Below, in pieces: positions 49,897 to 59,493 of a stretch of 64,000 nt of DNA; the first letter of the stretch is position 1, and each line of letters opens with the position of its first letter. The stretch is from Cyanobacteriota bacterium (GTDB lineage Bacteria > Cyanobacteriota > Cyanobacteriia > Thermostichales > Thermostichaceae), in the NCBI GenBank assembly GCA_033764955.1, contig JANRIL010000023.1, forward strand, positions 1 to 64,000, given 5' to 3'. Position numbers and translations under genes: made by a program. The notes below the pieces were generated by a model that saw nothing but the letters and a program-made list of their open reading frames with translations, searched no databases and had not been told where the DNA came from.

Positions 49897-50513
49897 TGCT
49901 CAAATTTCTCCGTTAAACTTTTATAGTAGATATTTATTTTCTGAAAGATCTTATCGTCTCCGGTATTAGGAATATCAGGATGATAAATTTTACTCAGGTT
50001 GCGATAGGCAGTTTTAATGTCTTCATCCGTTGCTTTTTCAGGATCTAAGCCAAAAACACGCCAAGGCAAATCATACTTAAAGATATTGATGCCATTGATG
50101 CAGCCATATCCAACTTCCCCCTCTTCCTCTGGCAAAACTCCAATCAGTCGACGATAGATTTTTTTACAATCTTCGGGATCCGAAAGACTCAATTTGCCCA
50201 GGCCGCTGCTGGCGAGCTTAAAGCTTCCTGATTTCTTTAATTCTGTAGCATTAGCAACTTCAAAATGCTGATAGATAGCTTTCTGAAGTTCTTTGATGGA
50301 GAGCGGTTGGGGTGGATAAACCTGCCGCAGAATAAACTGAGAAAATGCTTCTAGAGTTGCCCGTGGGAGGTCAGAGGTTGTGACCAGCCTTTCAATTTCA
50401 GTCTGAACGGCAGCTATTACCGCGGCATGAGGAACTACCGTAGGGGTCTTGCTGGTGGATTTTGAGGCTGTGGATTTGGGCTTTGAGCTAGCAGATTTTT
50501 TGGTGGCGGGCAC
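49887..50513 (-). CDS. Protein with C-terminal J-domain
   Basis: PWRVFGL...IKTAYRNLSKIYHPD...FQKIN (HPD intact); GTG start with AGGAGGAG RBS; overlaps the HNH gene by 10 nt. Confidence 0.85.
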   Translation of the reverse strand: MPATKKSASSKPKSTASKSTSKTPTVVPHAAVIAAVQTEIERLVTTSDLPRATLEAFSQFILRQVYPPQPLSIKELQKAIYQHFEVANATELKKSGSFKLASSGLGKLSLSDPEDCKKIYRRLIGVLPEEEGEVGYGCINGINIFKYDLPWRVFGLDPEKATDEDIKTAYRNLSKIYHPDIPNTGDDKIFQKINIYYKSLTEKFEQWQ

Positions 50514-50617
50514 AACTCCTCCTGAATAAGAGATCCCAACTCAACACACATGTTTTGCCTATTGAACAAGGATAATCCAAGTTCAGAGTTGAGCCTAGCT
50601 TTTCAGATTGAATTCAA

Positions 50618-50902
50618 CTATTTCGATTCAAACTGATAGCCTAAATCCTTCAATAATCCTGGAGAACGCCACTAATGGGGTCACACACGCACAAATAACT
50701 CTAGATAAATCTTCCCAGCTACTAACTTTTGCATTTGTAGGCGAGCATTGTGTCCGATCGTTTTCAACATATCCCCTTTCTTGCCAATTAAACTCGCCTT
50801 TTGCGATTCCCGCTCGACGGTGATCGTGGCTAAAACTCCCGTCAGCGTGGGGGACTCTTCCCCCTGATTAACAGTGACCGCTACCGAGTGGGGAATCTTT
50901 TC
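50618..50902 (-). pseudogene. era: 3' fragment of era (KH domain) with two in-frame stops
   Basis: IPHSVAV...VERESQKASLIGKKGDMLKTIG...KIYLELFVRV*PH*WRSPGLLKDLGYQFESK*; no GTPase domain upstream. Confidence 0.85.
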
Positions 50903-51091
50903 AAAGCCAGAACGAAATCCGGCTGGTGCGACAGGAATGGAATAGGGGATCCCCTCACCCTCTGACCCCAGTGAGGAGAAGTTCAGTAGTTCGGTCATGG
51001 ACAGAGCTACATTTAGAAGTCCTATGCCACCTCGTGGGTAGAGGCAGGCAGGGGATCCCTACCTCGGAGGAATCAGGGCGAGTCACAGTAC

Positions 51092-52744
51092 TTAGGGGTT
51101 GGGAACCGTAATCAATAGATCAAATCCCAGACTATTTTGATCGACGGCATAGCTCGTCATGCCCATCGCTTCTAAGCTCTTGAGGGCGGTGCGGGTTTCA
51201 GCATCCAGAGTGAGGGATCCCGGTAGGGTGGTCTCCACCATTTCGATCACCCCTTGCCAATTCAACAGAAAATAGCCGTAGTTGGGCTGGGAGAGGCTGT
51301 CGTAAAGCGTCTGGAGAGGCTGGGTTTGGGGAAGAAGGGATCCTTCGCCCTGGATAAAGGCTTGGACTGCCGCTCCACTGCTAGCCAGCACGAGGTAGTT
51401 ATCAGACCAGGAACGGGTGACGAGAGGCTGACCAAAGAAGGGATCCCCCCAGAGGGTCTGATCCCCCTGCTGGGTGACCTTGAGACGGGATTGACGAGCC
51501 AAAGCATCCAGTTTATCAAGGGTGGCATTGGCCTGTTCCTTCTGGCTGGTTTCTACTACCAGCACCGCACCCATCCCCTGCAATAGGGGGCTAGCATTCT
51601 GATCGGGCAGCACCGCCAGCGCCACTTCCCCATCCATCCAACTCAAGACATCTTTATCCAGATCCATTTGGGTGGAAGACTTGAAGAGATCGCGTAATTC
51701 ATCCAAAGCTGTGCTCGCGGTCGGATCCTGTTTTTTGAGCAGTTCCGTGCGGGCTTGCCAGCTTGGACCTGGGTGAGTGGCACTGAAGACCGCTAGGGCA
51801 TTTCCCGGTAAGCGCTGGATGACCTTGCCACTAGCCATCGGGGATCCATTGATCGGCTGAAAGAGGCTATCTGCCTGAAGATCCACCTGGGTTTTGATCA
51901 GCAGTCCGGCTTCATTCCAGCGAGCCGCCGCTGCTATCCCGCCAAAAGCCTCTAACGACTTGAGGCTGTCCACATCCACTTCTGTATCCATCCCGTCCGT
52001 GAACTCAGCCATCAGATCCGGATCTGAAAGTAGAGCCGGAGTGTTGAGATAGGCAAAAGCCAGGGTTCCCTCCTGAAAAACATCCTTCACGATGGACTGA
52101 AACTGAGGACTTTCACCGAGGGATTGTCCGCGAAAGGCTTGCACTGCCCGTTCCATCACCTGCGGATCATTGGCAATCGCCACATAGTTTTTGCCAAATT
52201 CCCCCGTGATCAGGGCTTCCCCCAACTGGCCGTTGGTTTGCAGGTGCAACTTTACACCATCCTTCTGCTGTTCAGAAAACTCTGCCCCCTCTTGGCTAGC
52301 GGCTTGGCGAATTTCGGCCAAAAATTGGGAAGAGGCTTGGGCGTCTTGGGTGGTCACCGCAATCAAAAAGCCTGGGATCCCTTCCTCATCGCCAGGTTGC
52401 AGGTTGGGATCCACCACCGCCAGCGTGATCTGCTCCCCCGCCCAACTGTCCACTGCCGCTAGGTACTGATCCATTTCTTCCGCCTTTACTTCCGCCCACA
52501 TCTGGCGTTGCCATTCCTGAATCTGGGTTTGTAGGCTGGCAGGGGCAGATTCCGCGACTTTTTTAGAATCGGTAGTCATTGACAGGATCAACACACTGTT
52601 GTCAGGAACCAGCATCGTTTCAGCTAAAAGACCCGTCGGTGCTTGAGCGGAGGGAAGCTTGAGGAGTTGGCAGGAGGCGAGGAGGGCAGAGCCAGAGGTA
52701 GCCAGGAGAGAAACAGCGAGGGTGCGGGCGGATAGACGTGGCAT
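51092..52744 (-). CDS. DUF3352-like lipoprotein
   Basis: Lipobox LLASC; WAGEQITLA, DVLSWMDGEVALA and NYGYFLLNW motifs. Confidence 0.72.
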   Translation of the reverse strand: MPRLSARTLAVSLLATSGSALLASCQLLKLPSAQAPTGLLAETMLVPDNSVLILSMTTDSKKVAESAPASLQTQIQEWQRQMWAEVKAEEMDQYLAAVDSWAGEQITLAVVDPNLQPGDEEGIPGFLIAVTTQDAQASSQFLAEIRQAASQEGAEFSEQQKDGVKLHLQTNGQLGEALITGEFGKNYVAIANDPQVMERAVQAFRGQSLGESPQFQSIVKDVFQEGTLAFAYLNTPALLSDPDLMAEFTDGMDTEVDVDSLKSLEAFGGIAAAARWNEAGLLIKTQVDLQADSLFQPINGSPMASGKVIQRLPGNALAVFSATHPGPSWQARTELLKKQDPTASTALDELRDLFKSSTQMDLDKDVLSWMDGEVALAVLPDQNASPLLQGMGAVLVVETSQKEQANATLDKLDALARQSRLKVTQQGDQTLWGDPFFGQPLVTRSWSDNYLVLASSGAAVQAFIQGEGSLLPQTQPLQTLYDSLSQPNYGYFLLNWQGVIEMVETTLPGSLTLDAETRTALKSLEAMGMTSYAVDQNSLGFDLLITVPNP

Positions 52745-52896
52745 GGTGATAACCCACAAAAAAGTGACCTGCCCCTTGAGCATAGGCTAAGCTTCTTAGC
52801 TTTGTCTGTAGGGTCTGACGAACCCGAAGCACTTTCCCGGATCTTTACCCATTGGGATCCCTTTTCTGCCAGCACATGGATGCCGATTGGCTAGGG

Positions 52897-53745
52897 TTAG
52901 AGGGGTTGTAAGTGAGGCCGCAAGATCGGGATTAACTCAGGACGGCTCAGGATCAGGGTTGGGTAACCCTGCCGCCCATAGTCCTGTTGAGAAATGAGGG
53001 GAAAGAGGGGGATCCCCTGCTCCTCTGGCCAGTGTCCCTGCGGATCTAGGGGGATCCAAACGGCCCCGGCAGCTTGAACCATCACCCAAACGGCGGCGAT
53101 ATCCCAGATTTTGGGCGAGCGCTCGATTGCCCCTAAAAAGGTTCCGGCGGCAACCGACAACATATTGTAGGCGGCTCCTCCCAACATGCGAGCTTTACAG
53201 GGGAAGGTGGGAGTGATCAAGTGGGTACTGCGGGAACAGAAGTTAAACAGTTGATTCGCCCCCGGATCAGCAGCACTAGGCTGGATGGGCTGTTGATTGA
53301 GAAATGCCCCCTGTGGTTGCTCGGCAAACAGTGGCGAGGTGAAGCCGGCCCTCCAAAACCCATAAAAGCTTTGGGCAATCGGCGGCAAATGTACATAACC
53401 AAAAACGGGCGTTCCTTGATAACACAGCCCCAGCGAGATACCCCAAATCGGGATCCCACGGGCAAAGTTGGTGGTGCCATCAATCGGATCGACAATCCAG
53501 CACCAATCTGTGTTGGGGAAGATGTGGTTGGACTCTTCGCTCAAAAAACCATGTTCGGGAAAAGTAGTGGCAATCGCTTGCGCCAGTTGCTGATCCGCCC
53601 ACTGATCGGAGCGAGTCACCAGGCTACCGTCGCTTTTTTCTTCGGCGGGGGTCTGTCCAAAATCCTTGAGTAACTGTGTACCCAAAACATGGGTGGTGGT
53701 TTCGGCAAACGCGAAAACCGTTGTCCAAAAAGGGGAAGAAGACAT
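52897..53745 (-). CDS. Inositol monophosphatase family protein
   Basis: LSEE, WIVDPIDGTTNF, IWDIAA. Confidence 0.92.
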   Translation of the reverse strand: MSSSPFWTTVFAFAETTTHVLGTQLLKDFGQTPAEEKSDGSLVTRSDQWADQQLAQAIATTFPEHGFLSEESNHIFPNTDWCWIVDPIDGTTNFARGIPIWGISLGLCYQGTPVFGYVHLPPIAQSFYGFWRAGFTSPLFAEQPQGAFLNQQPIQPSAADPGANQLFNFCSRSTHLITPTFPCKARMLGGAAYNMLSVAAGTFLGAIERSPKIWDIAAVWVMVQAAGAVWIPLDPQGHWPEEQGIPLFPLISQQDYGRQGYPTLILSRPELIPILRPHLQPL

Positions 53746-53913
53746 GTGGGGAGGCAGCGAAAGAAAAGGGTTCTGGGATCCTTCAAAACTTTTGAAGCAA
53801 AGATTTTACCTTGCCTGACCACTATCCTCACCAGGAACCTGAGAGCGGGCGATCAGGAGAAAGAGATCCTGATTACAATCATAATTGGGTAACTGTACCT
53901 GCTTTCTCTCCTT

Positions 53914-55941
53914 ATGACCCAGGGCTTAATCGGGCAGCTCATCGGTAATCGCTATCGACTGACCTATCATGTGAGTGAGGGGGGGTATGGAAATGTTTTT
54001 AAGGCGGTTGATACCCAGATGGAGGATCAACTGGTAGCCGTCAAGCTACTGCGCTCTCCGCCGCCAGATATGGATGAAGATTACTACGCCCAGTTGCAGC
54101 AGCGGTTTATGGATGAAGCGCGGGTGAGCGCTCTTCTGGGGGAACATCCCAATATTGTGCAGGTGAAATCCTACGGGATGCACCACAATCGTCCCTACCT
54201 AGTCATGGAATATCTCAACGCCAAACCTTATGTAGGTAACGGCCTGGACTATATTCTCAACCGCGAGGGTACGTTGGAACCGGCACGGGTGGTGCGGCTG
54301 GCTTTGCAAATTTGTTCTGCTCTCTACCATGCCCACTGCTTTCAGATGGATCTGGGGCGCTATTCGATCCGTGGCGTGGTGCATCGAGATATCAAACCCA
54401 GCAACATCTTTGCTCTACGTGCCCCCGGCCAAGCGGAGAAGGTCAAACTCCTGGATTTTGGCATTTCTAAACTTCTCAATGACACAGGTAAAGGGCTAAC
54501 GCAGGAGGGTTACTTTTTAGGAACCATGTGCTACTCCTCTCCTGAACAAATGCGGGGGGAAACCCTGGATGGACGTTCTGACATTTATTCCCTAGGGGTG
54601 GTGCTTTACGAGCTGCTGACGGGATCCCTCCCCCTCAACCCTGAAACCGATTCGTTGCAGGGTTGGTATCACGTTCATAATTTTCAAAAGCCAAGACCGC
54701 TACGGGATTTTCGAGTCAGCCAAGGGATCCCGGTTGAGTTACAGCGGGTGATCATGCAGTGCTTAGCCAAAGAGGCCGCCAACCGCCCTGCCAACATGAT
54801 GGAGCTAAAGGAACAACTGCAAGCCGCTATGCCGGAAGCGGAATTGACGGCGGTTCCCCCTCCGCTTCCCAAAGGAAATGGCAATCCGGCAAAACCCGCC
54901 TCACCCCCCTCCAGTAAGCCCGCCGCCCCGAAACCTGTCGCCGCGAAACCTGCCGATGTGCCTCCGGTTGCTTCCCCCGCTCCCTCCGAAACCCCTATCG
55001 AGGTGGCTCGCCGTTTGATTGAACAGGGGCATTGGCGGGATGCTATCTACATTCTCAACCGGATGATTCAAAAAGAACCCAACGAAGCCAATTACTATCT
55101 TTATCGGGGTCTCGCTCATCAGCAGTTGGGGGACTGGGGATTGGCGCAGGCGGATTTTCATGGGGCGTTGCGCCTGGATCCGGATCATCGAGAGGCCCAG
55201 GAGGGGTTAAAAGCGGTTTTGGCGCAACAGGCGGCGGGAGCCACTGCCCCCACCACCAATCAGTCCACTATCAACCCGATGCGTCCCACCGTTGAGGATC
55301 CCCTTAAGGATCTGCAACAGCTAGATACGGTGGAAGTGGCTGTGGATTGGCGATTTTGGCCCCTCTGGATGCTGGCTAACGCCCTGGCTTTTGGGATAGC
55401 TCATGCGGGGATGCGCGGGATCCTCAGCTACTGGCAGGGGGACACCTGGACATCGGTGGTCTATGGGCTAGCCATCGGCACCTGGTTGGGACTGGTGACT
55501 GGACTGGCGCAGTGGTTGGTGTTGCGCCCTTGGCTGCGGCAACCCGCCGGATGGATGTTGGCAACTATGCTGGCCTACGGACTGGGGGGATTGGGATTTG
55601 TGTTGTTGCATCTTGAGGACGCGAAGATGGCTCTCCAGCAATTCACCCTGCTGGGATCCCCGCTGATTGGTCTATGGGTGGGCATTCTTTTGGGATCCCT
55701 GCAATGGTGGCTATTGCGTCAGGTCTCGGCGCGGGGCATCTGGTGGATCGCCATTAGCGCTCTAGAGTTGGGATTAGCCACCTGGGGCATGACTGCCCTT
55801 AGCCAACGGGAAATCCCACTTTTCCCCGGTTTGGCTTTGCTGGGAATGCTTCTTTACTGCCGCCCTCTGGCGGGCTACTGTCTGACATGGCTCCTACAAC
55901 ACCCCCATTTTGCTAAATCCAGGGATCAATCACCTCAATAG
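53914..55941 (+). CDS. Hanks-type Ser/Thr kinase with Pro-rich linker, TPR and multi-pass membrane C-terminus
   Basis: EGGYGNV, VAVK, HRDIKPSN, LLDFG, YSSPEQ, SDIYSLG; TPR YYLYRGLAHQQLG; repeated QWxxLR hydrophobic units. Confidence 0.9.
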   Translation: MTQGLIGQLIGNRYRLTYHVSEGGYGNVFKAVDTQMEDQLVAVKLLRSPPPDMDEDYYAQLQQRFMDEARVSALLGEHPNIVQVKSYGMHHNRPYLVMEYLNAKPYVGNGLDYILNREGTLEPARVVRLALQICSALYHAHCFQMDLGRYSIRGVVHRDIKPSNIFALRAPGQAEKVKLLDFGISKLLNDTGKGLTQEGYFLGTMCYSSPEQMRGETLDGRSDIYSLGVVLYELLTGSLPLNPETDSLQGWYHVHNFQKPRPLRDFRVSQGIPVELQRVIMQCLAKEAANRPANMMELKEQLQAAMPEAELTAVPPPLPKGNGNPAKPASPPSSKPAAPKPVAAKPADVPPVASPAPSETPIEVARRLIEQGHWRDAIYILNRMIQKEPNEANYYLYRGLAHQQLGDWGLAQADFHGALRLDPDHREAQEGLKAVLAQQAAGATAPTTNQSTINPMRPTVEDPLKDLQQLDTVEVAVDWRFWPLWMLANALAFGIAHAGMRGILSYWQGDTWTSVVYGLAIGTWLGLVTGLAQWLVLRPWLRQPAGWMLATMLAYGLGGLGFVLLHLEDAKMALQQFTLLGSPLIGLWVGILLGSLQWWLLRQVSARGIWWIAISALELGLATWGMTALSQREIPLFPGLALLGMLLYCRPLAGYCLTWLLQHPHFAKSRDQSPQ

Positions 55942-56006
55942 ATGTCAGAAGGTTTTAGAGTTTTATAGATTTTGGTGAGAAAGATTCAATTCCATTAAAG
56001 CGAAGA

Positions 56007-56996
56007 TCATTTGGGTTCTGTTTCAAATCCATAAGCTTTTTGTACCAAATAGAGGGGACGACCCTTCACCTCCTCAAAAATACGACCCAAATATTCGCCG
56101 ATCACCCCCAAGCTGACCAACTGGATCCCTCCCAACAAGAGCATGATCACTGCCAGAGAGGCATATCCAGGCACATCCACCCCCAAAATCAGGGTGCGAA
56201 TTACCAAATATAAAGCGTACAGCAAAGCCACCATCGAGAGTCCTACCCCCAGATAGCTCCACACTCGCAACGGCAACGAACTAAAGGAGGTGATCCCTTC
56301 CACGGCCAAGTTCCACAACCGCCAATAGTTCCACTGGGTTGTGCCCTGATAGCGAGGGGCACGATCATAATAAATCGCCGTTTGTCGATAGCCGACCCAA
56401 GCAAATAACCCTTTCATAAAACGGGTGCGTTCTCGCATTTGTTTGAGGGCTTCTACCACCTGTCGATCCATCAAGCGAAAATCTCCCGTATTGCGGGGAA
56501 TATGAATTTGGCTCATCCGCCCAATCACCCGATAAAAAGCATTGGCGGTCAATCGTTTGATCCAAGTTTCTCCTTGGCGAGTTTTTCGTACCGCATAGAT
56601 GACTTGATAGCCCTCCTGCCATTTTTTGACCATTTCTCCGATCAACTCCGGTGGATCTTGTAAATCCGCATCAATCGGAATAACTGCCCTTCCGGTTGCA
56701 TAGTCAATGCCTGCTGTCAAGGCAATTTCTTTGCCAAAATTACGGGAGAGGTTAATCACCTTAATGGCTGAGTTTTTCTGATGATACTGAATTAAATACT
56801 CAAGAGTTTGATCCTGACTGCCATCATTGACACAGACAATTTCATAGCGCAAGCCCAAAAGATCCAGATTTTGGGTGAGTCGCTCAAACAAATAGCTGAG
56901 ATTATCGGCCTCATTGCGACAGGGAATCACAATTGACAGATCCACGGTTTGGGTTTGATAGCCTTGAGCCTCTGCTGGTGGGGGATCCAGACGCAT
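56007..56996 (-). CDS. Glycosyltransferase family 2, GtrB-like polyisoprenyl-phosphate glycosyltransferase
   Basis: VNDGSQD, LSRNFGKE, IDADLQDPP, TGDFRLMDR, two C-terminal TMs, GEYLGRIF. Confidence 0.92.
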   Translation of the reverse strand: MRLDPPPAEAQGYQTQTVDLSIVIPCRNEADNLSYLFERLTQNLDLLGLRYEIVCVNDGSQDQTLEYLIQYHQKNSAIKVINLSRNFGKEIALTAGIDYATGRAVIPIDADLQDPPELIGEMVKKWQEGYQVIYAVRKTRQGETWIKRLTANAFYRVIGRMSQIHIPRNTGDFRLMDRQVVEALKQMRERTRFMKGLFAWVGYRQTAIYYDRAPRYQGTTQWNYWRLWNLAVEGITSFSSLPLRVWSYLGVGLSMVALLYALYLVIRTLILGVDVPGYASLAVIMLLLGGIQLVSLGVIGEYLGRIFEEVKGRPLYLVQKAYGFETEPK

Positions 56997-57245
56997 AGCA
57001 ACACCTCAACAGGCATCCCTATCCTACCTTTCCGTGAGGGGATCCCTAGCTAGGCTTTTTCCTGGATAGCAGGGAAACGGGTCTCCCAATTGGCGCGAAT
57101 CGCTGCACAATAGCTAACAACCGTGTCTATTCCGGCGGGTTTGCTTGTAAGGTAAAGGCTGTAGCTAAAAACCCTGGACATCACGATCGGAAAGCATTCT
57201 AATGATCGGAAGCTCTAGCCATCAAAATTCATGAGGTGTGCTGGT

Positions 57246-57869
57246 ATGGAGTGGCATGTGAGTGACGCAGAAAGCCTGAGAATTATTGACCAAGAGATCG
57301 GGAAACACGAACTCTCCCCGGCTGAGTATGAGGTAGTGCGGCGGGTCATTTATGCCACGGCTGACTTTGAATATCTGAAGCTGATCCGTTTCTCCAATGA
57401 AGCCCTGCAAGCAGGGGCAGCGGCTTTGGCGGCTCGCACGACGATTGTGGTAGACGAGCCAATGGTGCAGGTGGGGATTGCGATGGCGATTCAAAACACC
57501 TTTTCCAACCCGATTTATTGTGCCACCGAAGCGGTGACTCGTCCGCAACGGGACAAAACCCGTTCTGCTTGGGGGCTAGAAACCCTGGCGCAACGCTACC
57601 CCGAAGGGATCTTTGTGATCGGACAATCTCAAACGGCGCTTTCCAGTTTGGTGCGATTGATTCGAGAACGGGAGGTGGCTCCGGCGCTGGTGATTGCCGC
57701 TCCGGCTGGGTTTGTGGATGTGGTGGCGGCGAAGCAAGATTTAGCTGACTCGATGATTCCCCATATTCGCACCGATGGCCGCAAAGGAGGTCCGACCGTC
57801 GCGACCGCCATCCTCGACAGCATTCTTGATCTATCCTGGCAAGCCTATGACAAACGAGCTTCTGGCTAA
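57246..57869 (+). CDS. cobH: Precorrin-8X methylmutase family protein
   Basis: MEWHVSDAESLRIID, RRVIYATADF, IGQSQTAL, PAGFV, GRKGG. Confidence 0.85.
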   Translation: MEWHVSDAESLRIIDQEIGKHELSPAEYEVVRRVIYATADFEYLKLIRFSNEALQAGAAALAARTTIVVDEPMVQVGIAMAIQNTFSNPIYCATEAVTRPQRDKTRSAWGLETLAQRYPEGIFVIGQSQTALSSLVRLIREREVAPALVIAAPAGFVDVVAAKQDLADSMIPHIRTDGRKGGPTVATAILDSILDLSWQAYDKRASG

Positions 57870-57912
57870 CCAGGGGCTGCATCCTCTCAACTCTGACCTG
57901 CTTTGGGCATGA

Positions 57913-59493
57913 ATGGGCATGAATAGTAGCTCCCATCTCCTGGTTTCTGCCTCCCAGATGCAAGCCCTTGAGCAGGCCATGTTTGCTGCCGGAATGCCGG
58001 TGGCCGCGTTGATGGAGAAAGCCAGCCTGGGGGTAGCCCGCCAGATTGCCCGTGCCTTTCCCACCGCTCGCTATCGGCAGGTGGGTTGCTTAATTGGAGC
58101 TGGACACAACGGTGGGGATGGGTTGGTGGTGGGGCGAGAGTTGGCCTTACAGGGGCGCAGGGTGCGGGTGTGGATGCCGATATCCCAGGCTAAGCCCCTA
58201 ACTATAGAGCAAGCTCGGTATGTGCAGGCTCTGGGATCCGATTTTGTGCAAGACCCCACCCATCTCTCTGGCTGTGATCTGTTGATTGATGCCATGTTTG
58301 GGATTGGCTTGACTCGTCCTGTCGAGGATCCCTGGCGCATGGCCATAGACTGGGCCAACCAATCCGGGATCCCCATCCTCAGTCTGGATTTACCCTCTGG
58401 CTTGCACAGTCAAACCGGGCATCCTCTGGGATCCTGTATTCGCGCCGAGGTCACCTATTGCTTAGGTTTATGGAAAGTTGGCCTGTGGCAGGAAGCGGCT
58501 CAGCCCTATGTCGGTCGCCTAGAGCGGATTGACATCGGGATCCCTGCCTTTGCTCTGAATGCGGTTCTTCCTGACGCCCCGCCCCTTCACCTTTTGCCAT
58601 CGATTCCGCCGTTTCTCCCCCCACCCCCCGCCCCTACCACCCACAAATATCGCCAGGGATCCCTGTTGTTAATTGGGGGATCGGCCACCTACGGAGGAGC
58701 CGCCATTTTGCTGGGACTGGGATCCCGCTACAGTGGCGTGGGTATGGTGACGTTGGCGCTGCCTGCCTCCCTTCACCTGCTGGGGCTGCACTGGCTGCCG
58801 GAGGTGCTGATCCGCGCTTGTGGGGAAACCGAGCAGGGAGGGATCGCCTCCGTGGGCAACCTGTCCTGGTCAGACTATGATGCCATCGCCATTGGCCCAG
58901 GACTGACGGCTGGCGATGCCCCCTTTTGGCGAGAATGGTTAGAGGAGGCAAGCCAGATCCCTAGCGTGGTGGACGCGGATGCCCTGAATTGGCTAGCCCG
59001 TCAGCCCTCAACCCTCTGGGCACAACGGCAAGCTCCCACCATTTTGACCCCCCATGCCGGAGAATTTCAGCGATTGTTTCCTGACATCCCATTCACCGAT
59101 CGCCTTCAGGCCGCTCAGGTCGCGGCGGCTCAGTCCAACAGCATCGTCGTACTGAAAGGATCCAAAACCGTGATCGCCGCCCCCCACGGCAAAACCTGGG
59201 TCAATCCGGCTAGCACAACCGGATTGGCGCGGGGGGGCAGTGGGGATGTCTTAACCGGATTGATGGCCGGATTGTTAGCCCAACACCTGCCTGCCGAAGA
59301 GGTGGCTTGTCTGGCGGTGTGGTGGCACAGTCAGGTGGCGCGGCGGCTAGCCGAACAACGCAGCAGGCGAGGAGTGGATCCCGTGCATTTGGCGGAAGCC
59401 TTCGCCCAGTTTCCCTTAGAGAGCTTGGCCGATAGTCAACCTGAAGAAAACCCTTCCCTCCCCTGGGCAAGATTTGCGGGGGGAGAACTCTAG
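57913..59493 (+). CDS. nnr: Bifunctional NAD(P)H-hydrate epimerase/dehydratase
   Basis: LMEKA, GAGHNGGDG, DLPSG, THKY, VVDADAL, LTPHAGEF, LARGGSGDVLTG. Confidence 0.93.
   Translation: MGMNSSSHLLVSASQMQALEQAMFAAGMPVAALMEKASLGVARQIARAFPTARYRQVGCLIGAGHNGGDGLVVGRELALQGRRVRVWMPISQAKPLTIEQARYVQALGSDFVQDPTHLSGCDLLIDAMFGIGLTRPVEDPWRMAIDWANQSGIPILSLDLPSGLHSQTGHPLGSCIRAEVTYCLGLWKVGLWQEAAQPYVGRLERIDIGIPAFALNAVLPDAPPLHLLPSIPPFLPPPPAPTTHKYRQGSLLLIGGSATYGGAAILLGLGSRYSGVGMVTLALPASLHLLGLHWLPEVLIRACGETEQGGIASVGNLSWSDYDAIAIGPGLTAGDAPFWREWLEEASQIPSVVDADALNWLARQPSTLWAQRQAPTILTPHAGEFQRLFPDIPFTDRLQAAQVAAAQSNSIVVLKGSKTVIAAPHGKTWVNPASTTGLARGGSGDVLTGLMAGLLAQHLPAEEVACLAVWWHSQVARRLAEQRSRRGVDPVHLAEAFAQFPLESLADSQPEENPSLPWARFAGGEL

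Noticed and set aside
48856..51061. GGGATCCCTA on both sides of the J/HNH/era region as att sites
   Set aside because: The core is the genome-wide HIP, so a flanking match is expected by chance; no integrase nearby
57000..57245. Cobalamin riboswitch upstream of cobH
   Set aside because: AGGGAA is present but the following conserved elements and B12 box are not
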